Source: Squalus acanthias
Taxonomy: Eukaryota
Length of the DNA: 64,000 bases
Direction of reading: 5' to 3'
Assembly: GCA_030390025.1 (NCBI GenBank)
Contig: CM059439.1
Location: forward strand, 62,310,001 to 62,374,000
Below the pieces are notes generated by a model. It saw only the letters and a list, made by a program, of their open reading frames with translations, was not told where the DNA came from and did no database searches. This document shows, in pieces, positions 12,964 through 25,105 of the stretch; the stretch's first letter is position 1; every line of letters starts with the position of its first letter. The translations under genes were made by a program, and so were the position numbers.

Positions 12964-14044
12964 TGCCATCAGCAGATTTAGTTATTGTACTCCCTAAGCC
13001 CAAAGTCAAATTATCTTTATATATTGAGAACAAAAGTATTGACCCCTGGGGTGCACCACTTGCAGCTCTTCTTCAACTCAGCTATATCCATATATCCTAA
13101 CCTTTTTTACTTGTCTTATCAGTAATTCTTGATGCTTTAGATTAACCAAAAAGGTGAATACTATTGGATTCTATTTAGTTAACAGTATAAGTACTAGGAG
13201 ATATTGCAGCCTGCTCTAACACCAGCTGGTGTTTTCTAGATTTTAGAAGAGGTACAGTCTCATTTTGTTAGTTGCTGGGGGAAGAACCACAGCTTCTTCT
13301 TATTCAATCTTTGATGTGACACAGTCTGTCTGATGTAATGCTCCAATTTCACCATTCTAAACAGACTGACATCCTGTCATTGCATCACATCGTACTCAGC
13401 ACCATGCTGTGAAATTTGTGGCATGCTAGTGGAAATGGATGAGTGCTTCTTTAACAATATAAACAGCCTTCAATAGGGCATAAGACCTTTTAGTTATCTG
13501 ATTACTTTTGCTGTAAAACTGGAAAAACTGTTTCAAATTTAAATGCATGCACTACAACAATGTAAATCGCGCTGTGCGACATCACTGGAGGCATAGCCTG
13601 CCACCAACAGTGAAGTTAAATTCATAACTTGAGGATTTAAAGGGGCGTCACTGTTGTCTTAAAGTGCTTTACAGGAGCTTTAAGAAGTTGCGTTCAACAA
13701 CTGGAAATGCAAACACACATTTACAATATGGTTTGTCCTATTGCCACTCTTCTGAGGTCGTGTAGCGCCTGAGGTGATTGGTAGTACAGTAAGGTTGTGG
13801 CATTATCCTCTGCACCCTCTTGTCTATAGAATATAATAGCATGTTGTTAGTATGGCTGCAATGTCCCTTTAACTATAGAAGCACTGAGCGCTTTGATTAG
13901 CATTCAATGCTGCATGATGTTCGATGATTTATGAGACAAGTATGGGACAGAAAAAGAAAAGCATCTTTAAGCTTTGCATTGCAATTCTTTTGGCATTTTC
14001 CCCAGTAAAGAGATTTCCACTAAAGAGGCTTGTGTTTTTACCAG

Positions 14045-14139
14045 ATAACCCAATCACTGTCCCCAAGGAGACTGTGCAAGCGATCTCAGTTTCCAGCGCC
14101 AACACTCAACTGCACTATGAGATAGAAGTTGCTGTGCAG
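14045..14139 (+). CDS. ovoA: OvoA linker exon
   Basis: tttttaccAG acceptor (alternative same-phase acceptor at 14006), CAG|GTAGGT donor. Translates (D)NPITVPKETVQAISVSSANTQLHYEIEVAVQ; phase 1/0 bridges the flanking exons. Confidence 0.65.
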
Positions 14140-15284
14140 GTAGGTCGATGCTACGTGCCTCTGAAGACAGTACTGTGTCAACAAGGTTATGTGGTTGGAT
14201 TCTCTGAATGATAAATCTTTCACAAGCTTTTTGTGTGAGATGAATTGAGTGCCTCAGTTCAAATATATTCTGAACAGTATTGGTTTAATGTAGGAACATC
14301 AAAAATGAGAGTCTTACTGTACCATGCAGTACTCCCATAAATAATTGTAAAGTTAAATCCCAAATGGAAAACATGAAGATTTTCATATTCAGTCCACATT
14401 CCTGGAATTGCTAGGTTCTTTTGCCTCCTTGAAGGAATGCTGTAGGCAAGGCTCACAGTAATCGTGTTATTGAACCACTAGATAATGTCATGCAAATATT
14501 CTACTTTTTCCTCTTTCAGTTTTTTTCTTTGATTTGCCTTTTTCTCTCCTCACGGAAGTGATTCACACCAGAGTGAAATTCCATATAACCTGGACCCTCA
14601 TCTGGTACCTCGCGCTAGTGACTGTTCTTCACACCTGAGCTCAGTGATTGTTGGCAGGCTATTCAGCTATGGCGAAAGGGAGTGGAGGAGCATACCAGAG
14701 ACAAGCTGGATCCTCACTCAATGTACATTCATTCCAGCAGGTGTGATTGGATAGTGACCAGGAGCAGGAACACGGGCTGATTTTTCTTCTCTCTAGCCCA
14801 AGGGCCTGAGATCAATTGCAGTGCCTCTAACTGCTGCTCCAGGCAAGATCAGCTAATCCATGCACGCCAGAGATCAATGATTTTAATTATAGTTCAGAGC
14901 CTCCTTAAATAATTAATCGCAAGGCAAAACTATGTGCTACATGTCATTTCTTGAATGGGTGGGGAAATAGCATAACAGCCAGGTTCTACCTGTGTCACTC
15001 TATGCAGAACAATAGATTGACTGCTCCTTCCTGGTAGAGGAGTATTTTCCTCCACTTGGTGCTTCACCATTGCCAGCTTGGCTGAGAGCAGTCGTGCATC
15101 ACACGGATTCCAAGTGCATGAGTCTTTGTATGATTACAAGAGCAGCAGACTGTGTGGCACCAGGCCTGTCAGTAGATTAACATTCGAGGTACACATACCA
15201 CAGCAGTCTGGGTCCTCCCTGTGTGGCTTAAATCAACAGAGACCTGCTCCTCAGTTTAATCATCGTGAAGCAGCAGCTTTTTTA

Positions 15285-15552
15285 TCATAGAATCATAGAA
15301 ATTTATGGCACAGAAGGAGGCCATTCGGCCCATTGTGTCTGTGCTGGCCGAAAAAGAGCGATCCACCTTAATCCCACTTTCCAGCTCTTGGTCCGTAGCC
15401 CTGTAGGTGACAGCACTTCAAGTGCATATCCAAGAACTTTTTAAGTGCGATGAGGGTTTCTGCCTCTACCACCCTTTCAGGCAGTGAGTTCCAGACACCC
15501 ACCACCCTCTGGGTGAAAAAAGTTCTCAACTCCCCACTAATCCTTCTACCAT
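15285..15552 (-). mobile_element. CR1 3' end
   Basis: RTFFTQRVVGVWNSLPERVVEAETL; (ttctatga)n tail. Confidence 0.9.
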
Positions 15553-15672
15553 AGGCTGACCATACATCCCCATTTTCTGGGGACAGTCTCCGGATTAGGT
15601 ACTGTGTCCCCGGGCAAACAGTGTCCCCGGAAGAGTCCACGCCTCAGAAAACTTGTCCCCATATAGAGTATA

Positions 15673-16340
15673 GGGGGAGAAATTCACTATCGCCCAGGAA
15701 TGGGCGCTAACTTTGGAAAAGTTTGAGATTTAGCGCCAGGCACTAATGACTCTCGCTGCACCAAAATTCATTGTCATCGCTCAAAGAAATGATGGGAGCG
15801 CTAAATCAAGCACTAACGGCCTAGCTCAGAGGCGTTACACTCAAAGCGCTAACCAATATCAGGTGCAGTCTGATCGCAAGTCATCATTGCCACAGGCTCT
15901 TTCCAGTTCTGAAAGGGGAGGTTCGTTCATGCTGCAGAACCTCATTCTCAGCATTGCTGCCTATGAACCTGTCTCAGCCAGCAGGAGCAGGCCAAGTCCA
16001 AGGACCTGGACAACTCAACCAGCTGTACTCATGGCAGATGCACGCCCCAGGGAGAGAGCCCACAGATTTTCAGACCAAGCATTGGAGGAGGTGGTGTCCG
16101 CTGTGGAGAGACTGAGGGCGGTGCTCTACCCGGCAAGTGGCAGGAGGCCCTCACCACAAGTCTTCTGTGTCATGTGGAGGAAGGTTTCCCATCAGGTCTC
16201 GGGCGGCACTGTGGTCCCCAGGACCCATACACAGTGCAGGAAGAAATTTAACGACCTCACTCGGGTGGTCAGGGTGAGTGAATGCCTCAACAAACCACCT
16301 ACATACCACCATCTGTACCACAATCTTCACACACTGCGGG
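15673..16340 (+). mobile_element. Harbinger transposon fragment encoding a Myb/SANT-like DNA-binding protein
   Basis: Left TIR GGGGGAGAAATT; RAHRFSDQALEEVV...WRKVSHQV...RTHTQCRKKFNDL then donor-like AGG|GTGAGT; truncated by an L2 insertion. Confidence 0.75.
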
Positions 16341-16371
16341 GACCGAAAACAATGGCTTCCGTTGTTCCCAA

Positions 16372-17695
16372 TATTTAATTAGAGAAAATTTCTGCTCATC
16401 CAGAACTGGATGTCAGACAAGCAGTCTGACAATTTAGAGACCGTGGAGGGGTCGAGAGAAGTGGTAGTGAGGTAGAGCTGGGTGTCGTCAGCGTACATGT
16501 GGAAACTGATGCTGTGTTTTCGGATGATGTCGCCAAGGGGCAACATGTAGATGAGAAATAGGAGGGGGCCAAGGATAGATCCTTGGGGGACCCCAGAAGT
16601 AACGGTGTGGGAGCGGGAAGAGAAGCCATTGCAGGTGATTCTCTGGCTACGATTAGATAGATAAGAATAGAACCAGGTGAGTGTAGTCCCACCCAGCTGG
16701 ATGACGGTGGAGAGGCGTTGGAGAAGGATGGAATGGTCAACCGTGTCAAAGGCTGCAGACAAGTCAAGAAGGACGAGGAGGGATAGTTTACCTTTGTCAC
16801 AGTCACAAAGGATGTAATTTGTGACTTTGATGAAAGCCGTTTCGGTACTGTGACGGGCGGAAACCTGACTGGAGGGATTCAAACATGGAATTGCGGGAAA
16901 GATGGGCACGGATTTGGGAGGCGACAACACGTTCAAGGTCTTTGGAGAGGAAAGGGAGGTTGGAGATGGGGTGGTAGTTTGCAAGGACGGAGGGGTCAAG
17001 AATTGTTTTTTTGAGGAGGTGGTGATGACGGCAGATTTGAGGGAGAGGGGGACCGTACCTGAGGATAGAGAACTGTTAACAATGTCAGCTAACATGGGAG
17101 CCAGAAAAGGAAGTTGGGTGGTCAGCAGTTTGGTGGGAATAGGGTCGAGGGAGCAGGAGGTGGGTCTCATGGAAAAGATGAGCGTGGAGAGGTCAGGAGG
17201 GGAGATCGGAGAGAAACTGGAGAAAGATGTGAGCTCAGGGCTAGGGCAAGGGGAAACCTTAGAGGAAGTTTGGCCTGGTGGGCTAGGGGAAGGAAGGGAA
17301 GTGACAGAGGCAGCTGAACGGATGGTCTCAATCTTAGAAACAAAGAAGTCCATGAGTTCCTCATACTTATTATTGGAGGTGAGGGTGGAGGAGACGGGGG
17401 AGAGGGGTTTAAGAAGGTGGTTAGCAGTAGAGAATCGGAGCCGGGGTTTATCTTTGCATTCCAGAATGATTCTGGAATAGTGAGCAATTTTGGCAGATGA
17501 GAGCAGGACCCGATAATGCTTTATGTGGTCCAGCCAGATCTGGCGGTGAATGGCTAAACCAGTTGTCCGCCATATCCGTTCAAGTCTGCGTCCCTTGGAC
17601 TTAAGGGAGCGAAGATGAGGGCCGGGGGGAACGGCCAGGTTGAGAGCGAGAGTTAATGGTTTTAATAGGGACCAGGGCATCAAAGGTGGTGGTAC
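16372..17695 (-). mobile_element. L2-clade LINE ORF2 reverse transcriptase fragment
   Basis: LLDLSAAFDTVDH, GVPQGSILGPLLF and YADDTQLY in a 434-aa ORF with an internal frameshifted stretch. Confidence 0.93.
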
Positions 17696-18150
17696 GATCT
17701 ACTTCCACTATCAGCAGCCTACTCTTAGTTTCCACTGGATCATGGGCTCACAGCACAAACTATTCACCTAATTTGGTACAAATTACAGTTAATTTACAGT
17801 CTCAGTCATGACACAAGTTAGAAGTTAGGATTAAGAAAATAGATCAGGCAGAAAGTTTCCATTCAAAAGGAATAACCAGGAGTTGTGGAATTAATTCTCA
17901 GCGAAGGCCTGTGAAGTGGACAGAGACCATTAGATGTGTTTCTGAGAGGTGATTTAGATATAGGAAGGAGATGCACAATCTAACAAAATCCTAAATGCAT
18001 TCTTTATAAATCTCCTCCACTCCAGCGAGAGTTTTAAAAAGGGGAACGGGCTTGTCGGGCCTCGTGGTCTTTGTCTGTTTCTAAAAATTCTTGTGTTCTT
18101 ATTCTCGTATGCCACGGAAATCTTCTTGCTATTTTGTGCGATTTACTCAG

Positions 18151-18321
18151 GAACAGCTGGAGTTGGAGTACGGAGACCTGAGCGAAACTGGTTACTGCAA
18201 CCAATTGTTTGGAGTGTGCAAGCAGGTGATCAAGGAGCAGCAGCTAGCCGGGAGCACGGGCCTTGTTCTGGGCAGTGGAACTGGTCTCATGTCCTTCCTG
18301 TTAACCAAGTTGTTTTGCAAG
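18151..18321 (+). CDS. ovoA: OvoA exon, start of SAM-dependent methyltransferase domain
   Basis: ttactcAG acceptor, AAG|GTGACA donor, phase 0/0. Translates EQLELEYGDLSETGYCNQLFGVCKQVIKEQQLAGSTGLVLGSGTGLMSFLLTKLFCK, with glycine-rich motif I (LVLGSGTG). Confidence 0.85.
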
Positions 18322-18419
18322 GTGACATTTTAACTGATCTTACATTTTAGAATTCCAGATCAATAATTTTTTTCCCTTCCTGCCCACTTCTGAAGTTACT
18401 GAATCCTGTTAGATATCTA

Positions 18420-18760
18420 GGGGTACCAGCTGTCACCCTGAAACTTACCCATGTGACCATTCTTCACGTGTGAGCCTAGACAATGGGGATTTACAGTCCT
18501 ATCAGACATGGAGGGCATCACAGCCGAGCGTGGCCCTGTCCTCACCTGATGCCCAAACATGTTGCAGTTTACAGCAGGAGAGGAAGCCTTTGCTGGCTTT
18601 TCTTGTTGCTAATCCTAGGTACTGAGGCCTATTATACTGACCCTACTCTCAACCCAGTTGGGAGCAGCTAACTGATCGCAGGCCAGGGACTGAACCTGGG
18701 GCACCCCCACCCCCACATCCCCACCTGGTTTGTAGGGCTGAATACCACACGAGGATGGGC
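18420..18760 (-). mobile_element. Ancient tRNA-headed SINE family (unassigned)
   Basis: Recurrent motifs ccattcttcac..gtgagcctagaca, ctgaggccaatt, cagctaact, tgaacctggg (reverse B box). Related copies near 2890-3250, 14590-14870, 32430-32570, 42480-42750 and, in opposite orientation, 57720-57990. Confidence 0.55.
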
Positions 18761-18996
18761 AATTCCCCTTTGAGGCTTCTCGCAAGCTCTACCGTTGTAA
18801 TTATTAACTCAAAGATTTCCTCTGTGCGCGATGTATAATAGAATCGGAAATGTGTTTATAAAGAACGTTTTTACAATTTTGTTGCACGTTGAGGAAATCT
18901 TTCCCCCCGCCCACCTCATATGAGTAACTGTGGTGAAAACCCCCATATCTGAGCATGATGCTGCAGTGATCCAGCGCTTCCTCAATGTGATATAAT

Positions 18997-19742
18997 GGCC
19001 CAGAAATTTGACTCGGAGGCTTGCCGTGGGGGTAAGGATCGCGCGCGATATCACACTCCGCGCCGGCCGTTGTGTTTTGGGCCCACAGGAACTTCGGGTC
19101 CTGGGCCTCTCCCTAGTGCCGGCGCGCAGTGTGTGCGTGTCCCAGGGGCGCAGTTAGTGCGATGCGACCTCTGGGATCACGTGGGCCATGGAGAGCCAAT
19201 GGCAGCAGACTATCTTTCATTCATAGATTTGACAGGAGACCTGTCAAATCTGTGAATTGAAAGAGACCCCAAAAGAACAGCTAAACCTCAAATAAATTTT
19301 TTAAAAAACCATTACATTAATAAAATAACTATAGTTAAATAAATTAACCACTTTAAACAAAAATTATTTTTTTTTAAAAAAGTTATAAAAATAAACTTAC
19401 CTTTCTTTAAAGTCTCTAAAAAAGATAAACCTGTTGAAAAAAATTAAAAATTATACTTAATTAACTACTTACCTTGTTCAAAAGGGGTCTTACGCCTCCT
19501 TTTTACATGTGTATAATCTTCCATACTTAACCTCGCGTTGAAACCTGAAAAAAAACCTAAGTGTGCTGCGTGCGCGCAGCCTGTAGTGCGCACGCGGTTC
19601 ACCTAGGAACCGCCCCCTTTGCCATACTGGATGTGCCGGTTTCCCGCGCATGCGCAGTGCATGCAGGAAACCGGCACTTCGGGAATGAATACGGGTGAGT
19701 ACACAGTGCGTACTCTCCCGTATTCGGCCGAATTTTTGGGCC
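18997..19742. mobile_element. Harbinger-like MITE family C, copy 1
   Basis: TIRs GGCCCAGAAATT / AATTTTTGGGCC; flanks AAT/ACT. Confidence 0.8.
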
Positions 19743-19816
19743 ACTGTCCCACAATGAGCGTTGGGTAACCAGCCACATTATGAGTTAATTAGTTTTTATT
19801 TATTTTCTTCCACTAG

Positions 19817-19942
19817 GTGATCGGGATAGACTACAGCGGAAGGTTTGTTGATACAGCACAGCAGCTAAAATGTTCACGACACCAAAACTCTGAGGTCAAG
19901 GTTCCAGATTATTTGGACCGGGACAGGGTGGTGTTCAAACAG
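19817..19942 (+). CDS. ovoA: OvoA exon, methyltransferase domain
   Basis: ttcttccactAG acceptor, CAG|GTAAAT donor, phase 0/0. Translates VIGIDYSGRFVDTAQQLKCSRHQNSEVKVPDYLDRDRVVFKQ; V.GIDYS.RF is the post-motif-I strand with its acidic residue. Confidence 0.88.
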
Positions 19943-20471
19943 GTAAATATTTAGAATGTTGCAAACACATTCCTTGTGTTTTTCTTCATGATATAATTGT
20001 GCCGTTCATTGAGCTTTTGAGATAAAGGCTTTTCAGAATATGTAAAGGCCCATTCCCTTTTCATAGATCAACCCACCTACCTACCTTCTCACTATCTCTC
20101 TGGATCCGTTCCCTCCTCAGAAATCCATCCAATTGTTTCTTGAACCCATTTAACACTGCCCATTTCTTTGGCTTTCCCTTATAGCTTGTTCCACAACGTT
20201 ATTGATTTTTGTGTTATAATGTTCCGCTTGATTCCTTACTCCAAGCCATTTGTATTCTTTGCCTTGGAGAACAATTTGTCTTCCTACAGCCACCCTGACT
20301 GAGAGCAGCTAACTCAGCACATAATCACTGAGTGAGTGGTCAATCTATGGAACAGGCTCCCTCAGGAGACGGTGGAAGCAGTTAGTATTGATTTCATTCA
20401 AATGCAAATTTGATACATTTCTTTCAGAAAATAATATTTTGAGATACAGTATATGAGTAATTTGAGATATG

Positions 20472-21224
20472 GGCCCAGAAATTAGGCTCCCTGGCTTCCC
20501 GCGGGTGCAATGATCGCGCGTGCACCTACCTACCGCACCTGCCGTTGACCTCTGGGCCCACGGGGACTTCAGCTCCTGGGCCTCCTGTAGCTGCCGGCGC
20601 GCAGTGCTTGTGTATCCCAGGGGCATAGTTAGTGCGATGCGTCCCCTGGGATCACGTGGACCACGGAGAGCCAATGGCAGCAGACCATCTTTCATTCATA
20701 GATTTGACAGGAAGACCTGTCAAATCTATGAATTGAAATCGGCCCCAAAACAACACCTAAACTTCAAATACATTTTTTTTTAAAAATCACATTTTTAAAA
20801 TAACTATAAGTTAAATAAATTAACTACTTTAAACAAAAATTTAAATTTTTGACAAAATTAAAATACTTTTTAACAGTGCTAAAAATAAACTTACCTTTCT
20901 TTAAAGTATCTAAAAAAGATAAACCTGTTGAAATTTTTTTTAAATTGTAATTAATTAACCACTTACCTTGTTAAAAACGGGTCCTGCGCCTCCTTTTTAA
21001 AATCGCAGCTTCTTCAATACTTACCTTCCCGGAGAAATCTGAAAAAAAACCTAAGTTCGCTGCGTGCACGCAGCCTCTCCCGCGCACGCGGTTCACCTCT
21101 GAACCACTCCCTTCACGAAACCGGAAGTTCCGGTTTCCCACGCATGCGCAGTGCATGCAGGAAACCGGCACTTCAGGAGGCCTTACAGGTGAGTACTCAC
21201 CGGCAAGTGCCTAATTTCTGGCCC
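20472..21224. mobile_element. Harbinger-like MITE family C, copy 2
   Basis: TIRs GGCCCAGAAATTAGG / CCTAATTTCTGGCCC; TSD ATG; same orientation as 18997-19742. Confidence 0.82.
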
Positions 21225-21743
21225 ATGATGTATGGTAAGTGTAGCATGCTTAGGAGGAACAGGTGACTTTGGATATAAGGTTCCCAAAGCTTTCCACCAC
21301 TAGGGGTTTCCCTCAGCTCATGTCTGGGTCTGTTGTAGACTAACTGATAGAGATTGATTGCTATGATTAGTCAACAACTCCATTATTGTTGTATCATGTG
21401 ACTACCAGGGTGGTGGAAGGCGAACTAGATGGATCTTGGTCTTCTACCAGCTAGCAATTCCTATGTTTAACCTTAGGCCTTCCTGATTTGTGTGGTAGTT
21501 TCACACTGAGTAGTGCATTTACCCACCAAGCCATCAGGATGCTATTGGGAGCATGTCTCATATTAGCACTTTCTTTGAAGGCACAGCAAGAAAATGGAGA
21601 CATATCAAAATTGCTAAAATATCTCTAGAAAACACTGGAACAAACTATAGGAATGTAAACTAGCAGAGTTCTCCCATGACTGTTGATAAAGCACTTCTCG
21701 AACCATTTGAAGTAATTGTTTGTGTGCATGTTCAATTTTGTAG

Positions 21744-21822
21744 CTAACATGGATTCCTAATGAAGTCGGACATCATAGTTTTATACTTCTCGATTTCCTG
21801 GATCGTACCCTTAATCCCTCAG
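21744..21822 (+). CDS. ovoA: OvoA exon, methyltransferase domain
   Basis: ttttgtAG acceptor, CAG|GTAAAA donor, phase 0/1. Translates LTWIPNEVGHHSFILLDFLDRTLNPS; the DR..P position is typical of this domain. Confidence 0.8.
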
Positions 21823-23989
21823 GTAAAAACATGTGATGTGCTGCGTTTTAATAAATGCCTTAAAGAAAGTAAAGGCTTGAGTAGGGCACTGAAACATGCT
21901 ATTCTGCTAAAGTTTGCCTTTTGTTTTAATCATGTTAAGGAATTTTTGTCTCATAGAAAATGGCTGCCAAATTAAAGGTCACCTAGCTGTGACCTCTGAA
22001 AAAATGTTTTAAAACGCTACTCATTTCTATAAGTGCTGAAAGATCTTTTGAAGATTGGAACTCTGTCATTCTTGTAGTAAACTGAAACTGTATTACATCT
22101 CTGTAGAGATGCCGTGTGTTCACCTGCAGTCGAAGTATGATGGAACACGTTCCATTTACCTATGATTTGTATCTCAGAAATCCTTTCTGTAACACACACA
22201 TGACTTGCAATCTCAGCATTTCTAATCTTTAAAAAAACTAATCTCCAGGTCTCCCCTCCTGCCTGAGGGTGCTGACTGGAATCCTGCTGGAATACATTTC
22301 CCACAAGAGGGAAAAATCTATTGGACCAATAGTTCTTTTAAGAAATTTTTTAAAAAACCTATAAATTCCTGGCCGTGCATCACTCAACAATTTGGAGCAA
22401 AACCGACCCTGTGCACAACATTGTGTTCCAGCTTGTTGTGACAGTACACAGTGGTGCACTGCATCATTTTACATACAGATTTGTTATTGAGTATTATATT
22501 TTGGAAGGTTCTCCAATAACCGCATTGTTTTCACAACCACAAGAAGGTTGCTTCGCCCCCCACTGCTCCCCCTGCCCCCCCCCCCCCCCCACACAGTTAC
22601 TGTATAACAATCAATCCCATTCCAAAATAAATTGTTTAAGCATCAATAGCTTTTTGCTAGAGGCCTGTTCCACAGATTTACTAACTTTTGTGAGGGGGGT
22701 GCGGGGAGGAGGTTGCGGGAGGGGGTTGTGGGGGTGGTGCAGGGGGTGGGTGCGGGAAGTTTCATCCAACCCCTAGTTTTTTTAAGGTGTATTAGTTTTA
22801 AGCCTGTGTACATACCAAGGTATCCTTTGACGAGGGTCGACACCAGTTTGCCAATGGTGCTCATCAGATGTATTTGAGCCATATGAGAGGAGACCGCTCC
22901 TCACACCAGAGACCTGGGGAGAATAGAACTGAAAATCGGTTTCCCAGCTCACAGACCTTTCATTGTTAAGAGGATGCGCTAATTGTGGCTTTAAACTGGC
23001 ACCATTCATAGACCTAGCTCTTGAAATATCTTAGATGGGGTTTCAATTAAAATCCAATTGGAATCTAAGGAAATTATGAAACGTTATGCACTTACCATCT
23101 GTCCAATAGTTGGCCCAGCATGCTTTTTAGTGCTGTTGTATTTTTTAATTCCCCGATAGACTGATGGTCTGGGAATAAAAAGGCCTTATAATGCAACAGA
23201 CCATCGACACTCACTGTCTAAACCCCACACATGCAAAGTGGCCAGTGAGGTGAGCTACTAGGCGGGCTGCTCCAGGTTGTGGAGTCTTACGGCGGCGTGA
23301 CTCACTGTCTTCAGGAGAGAAGGGATATGGAGAAAGCAGCAGGAGATTTGGAGAAAGAAACTCATATATTACATATATCTGTAACTGAAACACCATACTC
23401 CAATACTTTAAATTTGGGTTTTGAACCCTGCTACACGTACTTTTGGGTCCATACTTTTATTCTTCTTCTCCATTCTCAAAGATTTAGCAGCCTCCAAGAT
23501 GTGGTCTCACGTTTGCTTTTCCTGATGCCAGGCTCAGTGTAACTCCTGTGCGCACATGAGAATGTTGGGTGGCCATAGGGCAACGCTCAGCTGTGATGGT
23601 GAAATAACCGCCAGTTTTCACAGTCTGGGCTCACACAGGAAGAATGGCTAAATATGGAAAGTACCGAAGTAAGAGTCGGCATCTTCAGGAGAGGAAGGAA
23701 GAAAATTGGTCAGAAACGCACATGAAAAGTAATAAATAATAATGGAGAGGACACATCTTTGGACTTTACCTTACAATATATGTGAATTAGATTTATAAAT
23801 ATTTTGATTTTGTGCTGGTTTCTTTCTTGTTCCATACTTTAGGACAGCGTGTGTTGAATTCTGGCATTTGTTTACACATTTTCACTTCATGTTTTCTTTC
23901 CTTTTTACAGAACTAGTCAATCTTCCCTTCAACTCTCTCATAAAACAGTAATACCATTTCGAGTTAGGCTTGTCTTAACTGAAAATCAC

Positions 23990-24387
23990 AGCAGAGATTT
24001 ATCTTCCCTGCAAATCCCAACAGAAATTTATCTTCCCTGCAAGTCCCAGCAGAGATTTATCTTCCCTGCAAGTCCCAACAGAGATTTATCTTCCCTGCAA
24101 GTCCCAGCAGATTTTTATCTTCCCTGCAAGTTCCAGCAAAGATTTATCTCCCCTGCAAGTCCCAACAGAGATTTATCTTCCCTGCAAGTCCCAGCAGATT
24201 TTTATCTTCCCTGCAAGTTCCAGCAAAGATTTATCTCCCCTGCAAGTCCCAACAGAGATTTATCTTCCCTGCAAGTCCCAGCAGATTTTTATCTTCCCTG
24301 CAAGTTCCAGCAAAGATTTATCTCCCCTGCAAGTCCCAACAGAGATTTATCTTCTCTGCAAGTTCCAGTAGATTTTCATCTTCCCCA
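23990..24387. repeat. 29-bp minisatellite, about 14 units, with an 87-bp higher-order repeat
   Basis: Unit aacagagatttatcttccctgcaagtccc; three variants recur in A-B-C order three times. Confidence 0.95.
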
Positions 24388-24574
24388 CAAATCAATACTT
24401 TTTAAAACTTTGCTGTACTGTTTAAAAAGACTTCAAAATGTAACCTACTTTACTGGGAAAGTAAGCCTTTTAAATTGTGGTTTAGTTATTTATTTATCTA
24501 TTTATTTGTTTGTTTGTTTATTTATTCATTAATTAATTTATTTAAAGCATAGGAAACAAGAATTTACCACCTAA

Positions 24575-25105
24575 ATGTTTAAAACATTAGTTAGGCCACA
24601 GCTGGAGTACTGTGTACAGTTCTGGTCACCACATTACAGGAAACATGTGATTGCACTAGAGAGGGTACAGAGGAGATTTACGAGGATGTTGCCAGGACTG
24701 GAGAATTTTAGCTATGAAGAAAAATTGGATCGGCTGGGGTTGTTTGCTTTGGAGCAGAGGAGGCTGAGGGGAGACTTGATTGAGGTGAATAAAATTATGA
24801 GGGGCCTAGATAGAGTGGATAGCAAAGACCTATTTCCCCTAGCAGAGAGGTCAATAACCAGGGGGCATAGATTTAAAATAATTGGTAGAAGGATTAGAGG
24901 GGGGTTGAGAACTTTTTTCACCCAGAGGGTGGTGGGGGTCTGGAACTCACTGCCTGAAAGGGTGGTAGAGGCAGAAACGCTCACCACATTTAAAAAGTAC
25001 TTGGATATGCACTTGAAGTGTCATAACAGCTCTTTTTCGGCCGGCACAGACACAATGGGCTGAATGGCCTCCTTCTGTGCTGTAAATTTCTATGATTCTA
25101 TGAAT
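24575..25105 (+). mobile_element. CR1 3' fragment
   Basis: LVRPQLEYCVQFWSPH...FFTQRVVGVWNSLP; ttctatga tail. Confidence 0.92.

Noticed and set aside
15746-16378. Domesticated MSANTD/NAIF1-like host gene
   Set aside because: It begins right after a transposon TIR and is cut off by an L2 insertion; a similar decayed ORF lies in another TIR element at about 29300.
23990-24387. CRISPR-like array
   Set aside because: Units are head-to-tail with no unique spacers, there are no cas genes, and the context is a eukaryotic intron.
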